Part shown: one piece after another, positions 11,846 through 24,691 of the stretch | Layout: every line of letters starts with the position of its first letter | Numbering within the stretch: position 1 is the stretch's first letter | From: the human T2T-CHM13v2.0 reference genome, Homo sapiens | DNA: 64,000 nucleotides | Strand: one strand, 5' to 3' | NCBI RefSeq assembly: GCF_009914755.1 | Contig: NC_060935.1 | Program-made: the position numbers and the translations under genes | The notes under the pieces: generated by a model | The model's database searches: none | The model's input: the letters and a program-made list of their open reading frames with translations, nothing else | What the model was told of the DNA's origin: nothing

Positions 11846-14800
11846 GTAAGTAATCAGTAAGTTAAAATAAGATGGCTTCATTCCAATATTATCCAATCTG
11901 ATCTTGAATATGCATTTAAGAGACACTATACTTTTAGTTTACCTCTCTGTACAATAAAATTTTATCATTTTTGTGCTTTCTATTTTTGTCAATATTGTAA
12001 CTTTTTACACATAATAATCATTGTAGCCTATTATCAGCTCTTCATAGAAGTTATTACATTGAAAGCCACATCTCAGCTTAAACAAATATTATTTTTGGGG
12101 GGCTTGGTATCAACACCATCCATTTCTCATATTAACTCTGAACAAGAGAGCAAAATACTAAAATTCAGTCTATCATGGTTCTTTTTTTTTCTGTAATCAG
12201 ATACTAACATTCTCATCAATATGAGACAGGGAAAAAAGCATAACAAAATTAATACTGTATTTTTGCTTAGGCACAGGATTAGGATTTAAAATTCTAAAGT
12301 TCAAATCCTTCTTTCAAAATAGAAAGTTGCAAGTGATATCAGCAAGATGAGATAGGAGTTCTCTACCTTGACTTCCCTGTTCCCCTCCATTTACGTGCAA
12401 AACTAACTAGCAGTTATCCACATGAGAGAACATGTTCACGAATACCCAAGAACTCAGGAGTAAGGCTGAGATATTATCTTGGATTTTAGAACAGATAAAA
12501 GGTGCATGCTAAAGGTAAGAGGAACTGTTTCTCTTTGACTGCATTACCCATCCCACAAGCCAGCACAGTGCCACATACAGAGGATTTCCCTGGGCTCAGA
12601 CTTTTTACTCTGGGAAATGAAAGTTGGAGGCAGACATTCAGCTTCCCCATCATTCTGAAACTCTTCACAGGAGGCTCACTGCTGTCTCATTCTACAGGAA
12701 ACATAGGGAGCACCAGCAGGACTATAACATCAGTTATAAAAAAATAATGGGAATGGAGCTAATGGGAATGGAGCTCATAGTATCCAGAGCATTAATATTG
12801 ATGGTTGCTCTGCATTCCCACTAACAGAGAAGCCATATAAGAGAGACTAGCGAAAAGCCTCATGCTGCAGGAAGAGTGATCCATAGATCTGCCAGGTTCA
12901 AGTCACTAGCCAGCTTTTCCATAAGCTGAAGTACTCTCTTTAAGCTTCCCTCTGACCAGGAAAAATATCAGATCATTATTTACCTATGAACAGAGCATCT
13001 GGCCCTGCCTAATCCTTGTAGAAAAGAGGTGATCCAAAAAACAAAGCCTTAGTAAGTTCATTGAGCCTTCCCCAGGCCTGAAGACAAGTGCAGATCAGAG
13101 TTTACCCAGGAAGGTAACATCTGGGTCTACCCAACATCAGTGGCTAAGTGACAAATACATCAAGCCTTGGTGTTGTTTAAAATCTATTATATGTTAGGAG
13201 GTAAGCTCAAATTCATGCCTTTGAGCTTGGCATGTCCATGGAGCATGGCCTCTGGTCCTGTCTACCTCATGTAGCCAAGCACTGACCCCCAGAGACCTCA
13301 CACAGCCTTGAAACCAAGCAGGTGTCTCTGCCCAACGAAGGATTCCAAACTGTATTGGCTAGCAAGAGAAGACTACCTGGAACCCTACTTGATCAGAGAT
13401 TATTATGGATCCAAGCCAGCAGCTCTGCCAGACTGTAGAGTCCAACTAGTGATGTCACTGGATTGTGGCGCATAGCCAGAAGTAGCATCTGACTTGAGAG
13501 CACAAGAAGCAACCCAGTCCAGCTGGCAAGATCAACACCAAGGTCTGCCTGTTTGAGGTTACTACCAGCTGGTCCATCCAGAATTCCTGGCTAGATAAAA
13601 TGGTGAAAGTCTATTACCACCAAAGAACATCTGAAAAGGCCAAAAAAGATGGCTGTCTCCTCCAACGTGCAGACACCAACACAAGGATACAAGGATTTTG
13701 AAAAATCAGGAAAATATGACGCCAGCAAAAAGACCCTAATAAAGCTTCAATAATGATCTCAAGAAGAAATGGAGATCTATAGTGACTGATGGAAAATTTA
13801 GAATTATTCTCTTAAAGAAGTTTAGAAATATCCAGAAAAATATGGATTACAAAATTAAATTTGCAAAATAATTGATGAACAAAATAAATTTGACAAAAAA
13901 ATAGAAACAAAAAGTTCTAGAGGTAAAAAACCAGCAACTTCACTGGAAAGTATTATCAGCAGACTTTATCAAGCAGAAGAAAGAGTCAGTAAATTCAAGC
14001 ATAGAATATTTGAAATTATGCAGTTTAAGGGAGAACACAAAGAATTAAAAGGGACTATGGAAATTATGGAATACCATCAAGCTGGCTAAGCTTTAAATAG
14101 TAGGAATTAAAGAAGGAAAAAAGAGAGGAAAAGACCCAGAAAGCCTATTTAGGGAAATGATGGCTGAAAGTTTTCCAAACCTGGGGAAAGATAACAAAAT
14201 CCAGGAACAGAAAGATCTGAGGCCTCTAATCAAATTCAACTCAATGAGGGGTTCAACAAGACGCATTATAATAAAACTATTTTAAAAATCAAAGACAAAA
14301 AAGACTACTGAAAGCAGCAAGTGATAAACTTACCACATTCAAGGGAGCCCCAGTATGACTTTCAGTGAATTTCTAAGCAGAAACCCCACGGTCCAGGGAA
14401 GAGGGAGGATATATTCAAAGTGCTGAAGAAAAGAATGAACTTCCAACCAAGAATTCTTGACCCTTCAAAGCTGTACTTCAGAAATGAAGGGAAATATTTT
14501 CCCAGACAAACAAAAGCTAATGGGGCTCATCGCCACAATATCTGCATCTCAGGAATTGCTAAAGTGAAATTATTTAAGCTATGATTAAAGGCTACTAATT
14601 AATAACAAAAATCAGATAAGAGTAAAAAACTCAACGATATTAATAATACATAATCACACTGAATTCTTAAATAGTGAATTCTTAAATAGGGATACATAAA
14701 GCAATATTATCCCTACTATGAGAGATAAAAGACATAGCTATTAAAAATGATTGTAGCTACAGAGAATTGTTCAGAAATATAACTTAGCCAAAAATATGTA

Positions 14801-15411
14801 AATTTTGATATCAAAATTATAAAAGATGGGGGACAGTGAAAGTGAAAGCAACAGTAGAATAAACATTTTTTTCACACACACTTGGAACATTCTTCAGGCT
14901 AGGTCATCTGTTAGACCAAAACAAGTCTTAACAAATTTAAAAAGACTGAAATATCAAGTATCTTTGATTCACAATGGCATGAAACTAGAAATAAATAAAG
15001 GAAGAAATCTTGAAGGATACATAAATGTGTGAAAATTAAAACAGCATGCTTCTTAACAACTAATGTGTCATATACATTTAAAATAAATTTTTAAAAAATA
15101 CCTGGGCAAATGAATTTGGAAACACAACATACCTAGATTTATGGGATGTAGTGAAAGAAGTCCTACAAGGGAAATTTATAGTGACAAATGCCTATATCAA
15201 AAAGAATGACCTCAAACAATCTAATTTTATAATTTAAGGAACTAGAAAAAAAAATACTGAGCCCACGTTACCAGAAAAAAGGAAATAACAAAAGATAAGA
15301 GTAGAAATAAATGAAATAGAAACTAGAAAAAGAACAGAAAAAATAATGGTGAAACTAAGCATTGGTTTGTTAAAAAGGTAAACAGAATAACTCTTAGCTA
15401 GACTTAAAAAA

Positions 15412-15432
15412 AGAGAGAGAGAGAGAGAGAGA
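15412..15432. repeat. (AG)n microsatellite
   Basis: Directly visible. Confidence 0.9.
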
Positions 15433-15461
15433 AGACTCGAGTAAATAATATCAAAATGAAA

Positions 15462-15775
15462 GGCTGGGCGTGGTGGCTCATGTCTGTAATCCCAGCACTT
15501 TGGGAGGCCAAGGTGGGAGGATCGCCTTAGTCCAGGAATATGAAACTAACCTGGACAACATAGAGAGACCCTATCTCTACAAAAAATTAAAATATCAATC
15601 ACATGTAATGGCATGTGCTGTGGTTCCAGTTACTCAGCAGGCTGAAGTGAGGGAATGGCTTGAGCCCAGGAGGTCGAGACTGCAGTCAGCCAAGACCATA
15701 CCACCGCACATCAGCCTGGCTGACAGAGCAAGACCTTGACCTCCGCCTCCAAAAAAATAAAAAAGAAAAAGAAAG
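15462..15775 (+). mobile_element. AluJ-type element nested in the L1MA
   Basis: ggctgggcgtggtggctca start, J-type gggaggatcgc/cttgagcccaggaggtcgag segments, A-rich tail. Confidence 0.93.
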
Positions 15776-16108
15776 AAAGAGGAAACATTACATGTGATAC
15801 CACAAAAATACAAAAATCAGAAGAACCTACTATGAACAATTATATGCCAACAAATTGACAACTCTAGAATAAATGGATAAATTCATAGATACAGCCTACA
15901 AAGACTGAATTATAAATGAACAGGAAATAGAAACAGACCAGTAATGAGTAAAGAGATTGAATCAAAAATAAATCTTCCATCTAACAAAAGCCCTACACCA
16001 GATAGCTTACTGCTAAAGTCTACTAAAAATTTAAAGAATTAATACTGATTCTTCCCAAATTCTTTCATAAAATCAAAGTGAGGAAAATACTATTTTATTT
16101 CATTTTAT

Positions 16109-16140
16109 TCTTTTTTTCCATATCTATATCTATCTGTCTG

Positions 16141-16185
<45 letters not shown>

Positions 16186-17489
16186 ATATATATATATAAC
16201 TTAAGTTCTGGGATACATGTGCAGAACCTGCAGGTTTGTATACATACCTGTATACATAGGTATACACGTGCCCTGTTGGTTTGCTGCACCCATCAACCTG
16301 TAACCTACATTAGGTATTTCTCCTAATGCTATTACTGCCCTAGCCCCTCACCTCCCAACAAGCCACAGTGTGTGAAGTTCCCCTCCCAGTGTCCATGGGT
16401 TTTCATTGTTCAACTCCCACTTATGAGTGAGAACATGCAGTGTTTGGTTTTCTGCTCCTGTGTTAATTTGCTAAGAATGATGGTTTCCAGCTTCATCCAT
16501 GTCCCTGCAAAGGCCATGAACTCATCCCTTTTTATGGCTGCATAGTATTCCATGGTGTATATGTTCCACATTTTCTTTATCCAGGCTAATATTGATGGGC
16601 ATTTGGGTTGGTTCCAAGTCTCTGCTATTGTGAATAGTGCTGCAATAAACATACATGTGCATGTGTCTTTATAGTAGATGATTTACAACCTTTTGGGTAT
16701 ATATCCAGGAATGGGATTGCTGGGTCAAATGGTATTTCTGATTCTAGATCCTTGAGGAATCACCACACTGTCTTCCACAATGGTTGAACTAATTTACACT
16801 TCCACCAACAGTGAAAAAGCGTTCCTATTTCTCCACATCCTCACTAGCATCTGTTATTTCCTGACTTTTTAATGATCGCCATTCTTACTGGCGTGAGATG
16901 GTATCTCATTGTTGTTTTGATTTCCATTTCTCTAATGACCAGTGATGACGAGCTTTTTTTCATATGTTTGTTGGCCGCATAAATGTCTTCTTTTGAGAAG
17001 GGTCTTTTCACATCCTTTACCCACTTTTTGATAGGGTTGTTTGGTTTTTTCTTTTACATTTGTTTAAGTTCCTTGTAGATTCTGGATATTAGCCCTTTGT
17101 CAGATGGACAGATTGTAAAAATTTTCTCCCATTCTGTGGGTTGCCTGTTCTGTCTGATGATTGTTTCTTTTGCTGTGCAGAAGCCCTTTAGTTTAATTAG
17201 ATGCCATTTGTCAATTTCGGTTTTTGTTGCCATTGCTTTTGGTGTTTTAGTCATGAAGTTCTTGCCCATCCCTGTGTCCTGAATGGTATTGCCTAGGTTT
17301 TCTTCTAGGGTTTTTATGGTTTTAGGTCTTGCATTTAAGTCTTTAATCCATCTTGAGTTAATTTTTGTATGAGGTTGTAAGGAAGGGGTCCAGTTTCAGT
17401 TTTCTGCATATGGCTAGCCAGTTTCCCCAACACCATTTATTAAATAGCAAATCCTTTTCCCATTGCTTGTTTTTGTCAGGTTTGTCAAA
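16109..17489 (-). mobile_element. 5'-truncated L1PA7/8-like insertion, antisense, nested in L1MA ORF2
   Basis: Antisense 3'UTR ttaagttctgggatacatgtgcagaac; ORF2 C-terminal remnants [20 protein letters not shown] and [16 protein letters not shown] on - strand; host L1MA resumes at ~17490. Confidence 0.93.
16121..16197. repeat. (TCTA)n/(TA)n microsatellite grown in the L1 tail
   Basis: Directly visible. Confidence 0.95.
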
Positions 17490-18023
17490 CCCAGTGTATC
17501 ACTCTGAAACCAAAGCCAGATAAGGGCACTACAAGAAAGCAAACAAACAAACAAACAATACAAAACAAAACAAAAATCCACTACAGCTTGAAATTCTTCA
17601 TGAACAAAAATCTTCAACAAAATTAGGGAGCCAAATTAAAGAACATCTTGAAGGAATCATTCACCATGATTATGAGGGGTTTATCCTTGGGATAGAAAGA
17701 TGGTTCAACACACACAAATCAATAAATGTGATACACCACATTAACAAAATAAAGGATAAAAATTATATGATCATCTCAATAGATGCAGAAAAAGCACTTG
17801 ACAAAATTCAGCATCTCTTCATGATCAAAACACTTAACATATTAGGTATAGAGGGAATGAATGTCAATACAATAAAAACCATATACAACAAACATGCAGC
17901 CAAAATCATTCTCAACAGGAAAATTAAAAGTGTTTCCTCTTAGATCAAGGAAAGAGACAAGGCTGCCCATTGTTGCCACTTCTTTTTGACATATAACTGA
18001 AAGTTCTAGCAGGGAAATTAGGC

Positions 18024-18068
18024 AAAAATAAAATAAAATAAAATAAAATAAAATAAAATAAAATAAAA
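18024..18068. repeat. (AAAAT)n pentanucleotide repeat
   Basis: Directly visible. Confidence 0.95.
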
Positions 18069-19322
18069 GGCATCACAATAAGAAAGGGAAAAGTAAAATT
18101 ATCTCTATTTTCAGATGACATGATCTGATATGTAGAAAATCCTAAAGACTCTAGCAAGAAACTGTTAGAAATGGCATTCAGTAAATTTGCAGAATACAAA
18201 ATCAACATAGAAAAATCAGTAGTGTTTCTATGTACTAAAAATAAACTATCTGAAAGGGAAATTAAGGAAATAATTTCATTTACAAATACAAATAAATATA
18301 ATAAAATACTTAAGTATAAATTTAACCAAGGAAGTGAAAGACTTGTATGCTGAAAACAATAAAACTCTGATAAAATAATTTTTAAAATAATAAATAAATG
18401 GAAAGATATCCCATGTTGATGGTTTGAAATAATTCATATTGTGAAATATCCATACTACTCAAAGAGATCTAAAGATTTAATGCAATCCCTATCAAAATTC
18501 CAATGTTATTTTTCACATAAAATTTTTTAAAAATTATTAAATTTGTCCGGAACCTCAAAAGAGCTCAAATGACACAACAATCGTGAGCAAAAAGAACAAA
18601 GCTGACAGAATCACACTGCCAGATTTCAAAACATATTAAAGCAATTACAATAAATACTGCAAGGTAGTGGCATGAAAACAGACACATTGACCAACAGAAC
18701 AGGATAGAAAGTCTAGAAATGAACCCACATATCTATGGCCAATTGATTTTTCACAAACATATCAATATTACACAATGAGAAAATATAGTCTCTTCAATAA
18801 ATAATAGTGTTTGGGGAAAATTGTCCATCCACATGCAAAATAATAAAATTGGATTCTTATACCATACAAAAACTCAATACAAAGTGGATTAACGACTTGT
18901 TCTTATAATATTCAGCTTTAAATAAAGGAAAAGAATTATGTCATTTGCAATAACAGAGATGAACCTGGAGGCCATTATGATATGAGAAATAAGCCAGGCA
19001 CAGAAATACAATTACCACATGATCTCATATGTGAAATCAAAAAAAGTTTAACTCGTAGGAGTTCAGAGTAGAATGATGGTTACCAGAGGTTGGAGGATTA
19101 GGGGGAGGGAGGGAGGGAATGTGGAGTTGTTGATCAAAGGGTACAAAGTCTCAAATAAAAAGAATAAGTTTTGAGATCTACTGCAAAGCAAGGTGACTAT
19201 AGTTAATAAATATATATTGTATATTTCAAAACAACTAAGAGTAAATTGAAAATGTCTTACCATAAAAAATTATAGGGGAGCAAGATAATGGATATATTAA
19301 CTATTTGGTTTAATTATTACAC

Positions 19323-19327
<5 letters not shown>

Positions 19328-19375
<48 letters not shown>

Positions 19376-19377
19376 GC
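19328..19377. repeat. (TA)n(CA)n microsatellite
   Basis: Directly visible. Confidence 0.95.
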
Positions 19378-19499
19378 ATATATCCAAACATCATTGTACC
19401 CATAAATGTATTTAATTATGATTTGTCAATTAAAATAACATTAACAAAAATATTTTAAAAACTTTATTTTAAAGGTAAAAAAAGAAAAAATGTAAAGTT

Positions 19500-20940
19500 G
19501 TATATTTTGAATGAACCATGGATATCAGAGTAATATTATTTTCTGTTGTCCTTTTTTTGCATTAATTTGCATATTCTTGAATACTAGTGTGTGAACATGA
19601 AAATATACGTACACACACAGACACAGATATACATACATATTATATATTGAGTTATTATCTTGTTGATTTGCTAGAGCTTTATCTGTGTTATAGATGTTTG
19701 TTTTATGTGGCATCTATGTCGTAAAAATGCTTTCCAAATCTTTTCAATTTTCTATTGATTTTGCTTATAGCACCTTTTGCCAAAGTTTTAATTTTATACA
19801 CATAAATATGGATTTTTTTATTACAGATTCTGAATTTCTTGTTTGTTCAAGAAAATCCCTTCCATGTTATATGATGTGTGTGATCTAGATTTTCTTCAAA
19901 CATATCTATCTAGATCTACAAAACCTAGAATTTAGAATGGTGCATGATTTAAAATAGGCATATAATTTTATTTTCTTTTGATAGATGATCATTTATTAAA
20001 CAAGTCATCATTTTCCCATTGAGTTGAAATATTATCTCAATCATATTTTAAGTACTCAAATATATAAAAGTAATTTCTGGAGTCTCTATTGTGTTGCATT
20101 ATTTCATGTTTTGTTTCTTCTGCTATTGCTGTTGTTTTCTGCTGATTCCCATGCCTATATAATATTAATTTGATTGTAATGTATTTATAAAGTGTTTCAA
20201 TATTGAAAAAAACAAGTTCCCTTTCATTTCTCCCTTCTGCTTTGAATACATTTCTTAGTTGTTCTTCAGCATTTGTTCTTCCAAATCTTCAAGTGATTTT
20301 AAATACATTTAAAATAATTTGATATATTTCAAAGATAATATTTCTTCCCTAGAAAATCTCTTTTCTAATTGGCAGATAACTAAATGTGTATATTAATTTT
20401 GACTGAATAGACATTTAAATATTCTTATCCATTAACATAAATATTTTAGTTGCTTTAATAAAATTATGTATTTTTTATCTATCCTTCCCATTTCATTCAT
20501 TGTTAAATATATATTATCTTTGTCACTGTTCTGAATAGATTTTTCTCCATGTCTATTTTTCTTGGTTTTTACTTTAATAAAAAATCACCTTTGATTTTTG
20601 GTTATTCTTTTTATGTGCAATCACATTGGAAATTTGTTTATTATTTCAAACAGCTTTAAACTACAGTTGCTTGGATTTTGTAGGCATAAAATATGTCAGT
20701 AAAAATAGATCATTTTACTGTCTCAGTTTTTTTTCTTAAAATGATGATAATAGTACCTACTTTATAACATCTCTATGAGGAATAAATGAATTAAAATACA
20801 TAAAACATTTTGAAAAGCACTTAGCATATTAGTGCTTAATGAATGTTAGCTATTAATAGTAATGATAAGCATTCCTGTCTAGTTTCTTATTTTAGTTAAA
20901 ATGACTTACATGTATTTCCATGTACGAGGATATTCTAGTG
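19500..20940 (-). mobile_element. Highly diverged L1ME-like ORF2 fragment, interrupted by a MIR
   Basis: T-rich antisense ORF2 motifs (catttattaaacaagtcatcattttcccattg, ctggagtctctattgtgttgcatt, gattttgtaggcataaaat). Confidence 0.6.
20715..20860 (+). mobile_element. MIR fragment
   Basis: ctcagttt...aaaatgatgataatagtacctact...tgaggaataaatga...agcacttagcata...aatgttagctatta. Confidence 0.8.
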
Positions 20941-21054
20941 CCCATTGCTTTTCTCCTTCTTGGCCAGATACAGAAATACTATGTACTTTGATTTTAAGCT
21001 TGTTTTAAATGCCAGTGTTCTGAAAGAAAAAAGAAAGGGGTTGTCTAGTATCAA

Positions 21055-21250
21055 TTAGATCTGGTTGCGAATCAAAATTTAGTATCTCTACAATTTTGGT
21101 CGAGCTACTTAAGCTCTAAATTTGAAGCTCTGTTTTTATACACACAAACTGGGGCTAGATGCTCCTCATATTTCTAGGTTTTTTGAGTATTAAATGAGAT
21201 CATAATCACAAAATACTGACTACCGTCTGGTAAAAAGTAGATGTTCAGCT
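21055..21250 (+). mobile_element. MIR fragment
   Basis: tacttaagctct...aaactgggg...ggttttttgagtattaaatgagat. Confidence 0.55.
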
Positions 21251-22339
21251 CATTTTAATACTTCCCTTTCCCTTCATTTCCATCATTTTAGGAAGGCCTT
21301 TTGTATGTATACAACTTTCAAATGATCAGTAAAAATATTGTATTGCCTTTTACTACCAGCACTTAATCATGATCATCAGCCCTTACCTGACTGAATAAAA
21401 ACAAACAACACCCTTTAATTTATTACCTAAACATATTTCTATATCTTAATATAACACCTGCAATAGACAAATTAGATCCAATCAACTTCTGAGAGCCTAT
21501 GCTTAAGAAACGTCAGACCATAGAACTATACACAGGGTTTTTGACAGATTCTCTAAAATAAAAAATACATTAGAGGCTAGCATTGATGGTGGTACCAATA
21601 CTTTTAGTAATAGAATAATCCAAGCATTTAAAATCCAGTTCTCCAAAATCCCATGTTTGCACATTTAGGATGCATGTTTAAATAATATATTATTTTAAAA
21701 TTATATTTATACACAAAGAAATGTTCATTCATCACAAATGAAAAGGCAACTCAAAACCAGAGTGCCAGAGTTAGCATCTTTTAAATAAGCATCTCTATTC
21801 CATATACTGAGAGTAGGATTACAATCACTAAATCACCTTGTCTCTGGGAACAAATATGAACTACAAACTAATGAGGAAAGCATTTTTGGTTAATTAGAAT
21901 CAATAGTATCATTATTTAATTAAACTATATTGATTGCATTATACAGAGGGCAGCCTTTTGCAATGATATGGCCTTATGCAATAAACCTTTGCCTTACAAA
22001 AACATGCCAGGGGCAAGTTTCCTTTGACATGGACTATCCCCTTTCTACACATGCCAATATGATAGCATTTTACATTTATAAAGTCAGAACTGAAGGGATG
22101 TCCAAACACTTATTATATGATATTTGATGCTGCAATGTGTTATTGAAGTTTCTTGTGGACTGACACCAAAGTCTGTTTATGAGAAAGATATTGTCTAGTC
22201 ATAAAGAGCTTAATTTATTCTGGCTATAATTTAAAAATATGATGAAGACTTACTTTATTATATAGTAAGATTTTTAAAATAAAACTTTACCTTTAATTAT
22301 CTCAACATTTTTAAAAAGTATGATTTTTGCCCAAATTCC

Positions 22340-22450
22340 CCACTGTTGCAAGCCTTGTGAAGGCAGAAATTGTGTCTATTTTGCTCATCATGGCTTATCT
22401 TTTGCTGAACACATGCTTAGTATAAAATTAGTATGCAATGAATATTAGTT
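22340..22450 (+). mobile_element. L2 3' end fragment
   Basis: aagccttgtgaaggcagaaattgtgtctattttgctcatca...caatgaatatt. Confidence 0.6.
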
Positions 22451-23109
22451 AGTTAGAAAGTTATTTTCTTCAAGATCCCATCTGAGGGATGTGGACAGAC
22501 AGGATCTAACAGCCAGGAAGCCAACAGAAATCTTTAAATGCCGTGTTACTATGCTCACATTTTGCTTGATTACATGGAAATCATAAGGATCGCTCCTGTT
22601 ATTAAAGACCTACTGCATTGTCATCCTAAGTCTACCACTTAGTTTTGCACTATTCACCATTCCCACTTTCAGAAAATCCTTTCTTACATGTGTTCTAAAT
22701 ATCTCATGGTATAGTTTTAAGTATATTTCCTAATGTTCTCTCAGTGTTGGAAATGGAGGATAGCTGAGCATTAAACCTATATCTGTTTTGAAACCATTGA
22801 CATGAAATCATCTTAGAAAGAGGAAGAAGTTACCATCATGTCTTAATATGTTACATTTCTTTGGAAGTAAATCAGGAAATTATGCATGTACAAAAACAGG
22901 ACAAAACAAACACGAGAACACTTTAAGAGGACTCATTTTCTTCAGAAGATGAAAAAAATTATCCCAAATCCTTTATAATTTCCCCATAAGCTTCATGTTG
23001 CAATTGTTTGAACTGAGTTTTCAATAAATGAAATTTCACTAAGAATAACTGAATGCCAGATTTGAATTGACTCCAGGTCAGGTACTGTGAGAAAATCCAA
23101 AGAAATGGA

Positions 23110-23372
23110 AGTATAGCAGCAAAGTTGAGAAGTAACAGAGATAGGAATTTAAAAGTCAAAAGACCAATGCCAAAGTCCTGGCAAGAGTTGCTACTTGCAA
23201 AGCATATGACTTTGAGCATAATATTTGACTTCGTGAGTTTCAGGTATTTTATTTATAAAATGGGGATAACAAAAAACTTATTGGTTTATTTTTTGTAAGG
23301 ATTAATTGGAATATTGTGCTAAAGGTGCTTAGTACATCGCCTGGTATGTTGTTAATCTTAGCTATTCTTATT
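23110..23372 (+). mobile_element. MIR
   Basis: tatgactttgagca...tataaaatggggataa...gtaaggattaa...aggtgcttagtacatcgcctgg. Confidence 0.75.
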
Positions 23373-24314
23373 AGCCGTGATTCCTTTCCTCAAAAACATT
23401 ATTTGGAGATACAACCCTGTTCGAACGGCCCTCAGTTTGAAGATATTTCTATTATACCTCTCAGGTTGTTATGCAGCTACTTGTTCCATTTCATTTCATA
23501 AACCTACTATATCCACAATTGGGTGGGGTGGCTATACCTTATAGATCAGCAGGGAAACATGTACAAATGCAGTTTGTACCACTTTAAGCTAAGGTGAGCA
23601 GTTCATTACCAAAGTTAGTAGCATGTACCAAGAAATTTTAGTTGGTCAAGGCCTAGAGTTATGATGTAGGTAAGTTATTGGTTAATGAATGTGACATCAG
23701 CAAAACTGTCTAGCTAGGTTGTTTGGACCCTCAGCTGTCTTCAGGGCATAAGGGGAGCAGGAGGTTGATAGCATGAATTTGCCTTTTCCCTCAAACCTGA
23801 AAAACAAGGAGGTAATGCTTATAAACAGTTGTCCCTTAACACTGAGAGACAACTGAGGTTAGTGGGTAAGGAAGCATGGCAAGGTATGAAAGTGCAAGTG
23901 TTGTAGCTTGGTTTAATTTATTAAAATGCACCCAGGTAGGGGCATTGCTGGAATTTGGCCTATAGGCCAAATTATTTCATTTGAGCTAATGAACCAAAAA
24001 CCCCAATTTTAAGATGTAATAACCCTGATAATGCCATCTGCTACTTGGGATAAATGAGAGTGTCTGTAGTTACTCTCTTATGGCGGCTACGCAAGATAGA
24101 GTTCAGTGGCATCAGGAGCAGGACATAGTTATGCACTGATGCCAGAAAGCACATTCCACACTACAAGGCCCATGCCATAAATAAGAAAGTGGCACCATCT
24201 GACATAATATTTGCAGGGCTCCTTTGAGATTACTCCCATGAAATTGTGTTTCAAATCAAATGAGAGTATTCCTGCTATTTTGTGGGTGAAGAAGGAAAGA
24301 TGAAGAAAACCCAC

Positions 24315-24691
24315 TGCTATGGGTGAAATGTTTGTTCTCTCCAAAACTCATATTAAAATTTAATTGCCATTTTAACAATATTAAGAGTGGACTTTGAAGT
24401 GGTGATTAGGCCATGAGAGCTCCTCCTTTATGAGTAGATTAGTGGCATTTTGGTGAGAGTGGAATCCTTATAAAAGGGTGAGTTCAGCCTCCTTTTCTCT
24501 CTTTCTTTCTTTCTCTCTCTCACTTTCACATTTTCCCCTATGCGATGGCACAGGAAGAAGTCCTCACATGATGCTACTGCCTTAATCTTGGGCTTCCCAG
24601 CCTCCAGAACTATGAAAAAATAAATTTTAAATCTTTATTAATTACCAAGTCTGTGGTATTCAGTTACAGCAGTAAAAAATGAACTAAGATA
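24315..24691 (+). mobile_element. MST-family (MSTC/D-like) MaLR solo LTR
   Basis: Starts tgctatgg, contains cttcccagcctccagaactatga, ends gaactaagata; perfect 5-bp TSD cccac at 24310-24314 and 24692-24696. Confidence 0.9.

Larger units (their letters stand above)
12332..19486 (+). mobile_element. Old LINE-1 (L1MA6-8-like) retaining 5' and 3' ends, with two large internal deletions and nested insertions
   Basis: 5' start gtgatatcagcaagatg; ORF1 remnants 13700-14570; ORF2 remnant IHHINKIKDKNYMIISIDAEKALDKIQH (17728-17943); L1MA-type 3'UTR (gaatgatggttaccagagg...ggtgactatagttaataa); degenerate TSD aaaatagaaagttgca / aaaatgtaaagttgta. Confidence 0.88.

Noticed and set aside
12746-14690. Short tandem duplications (15 bp at ~12746 and ~14660; also 21 bp at ~2986)
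   Set aside because: Ordinary slippage duplications inside dead L1 copies.
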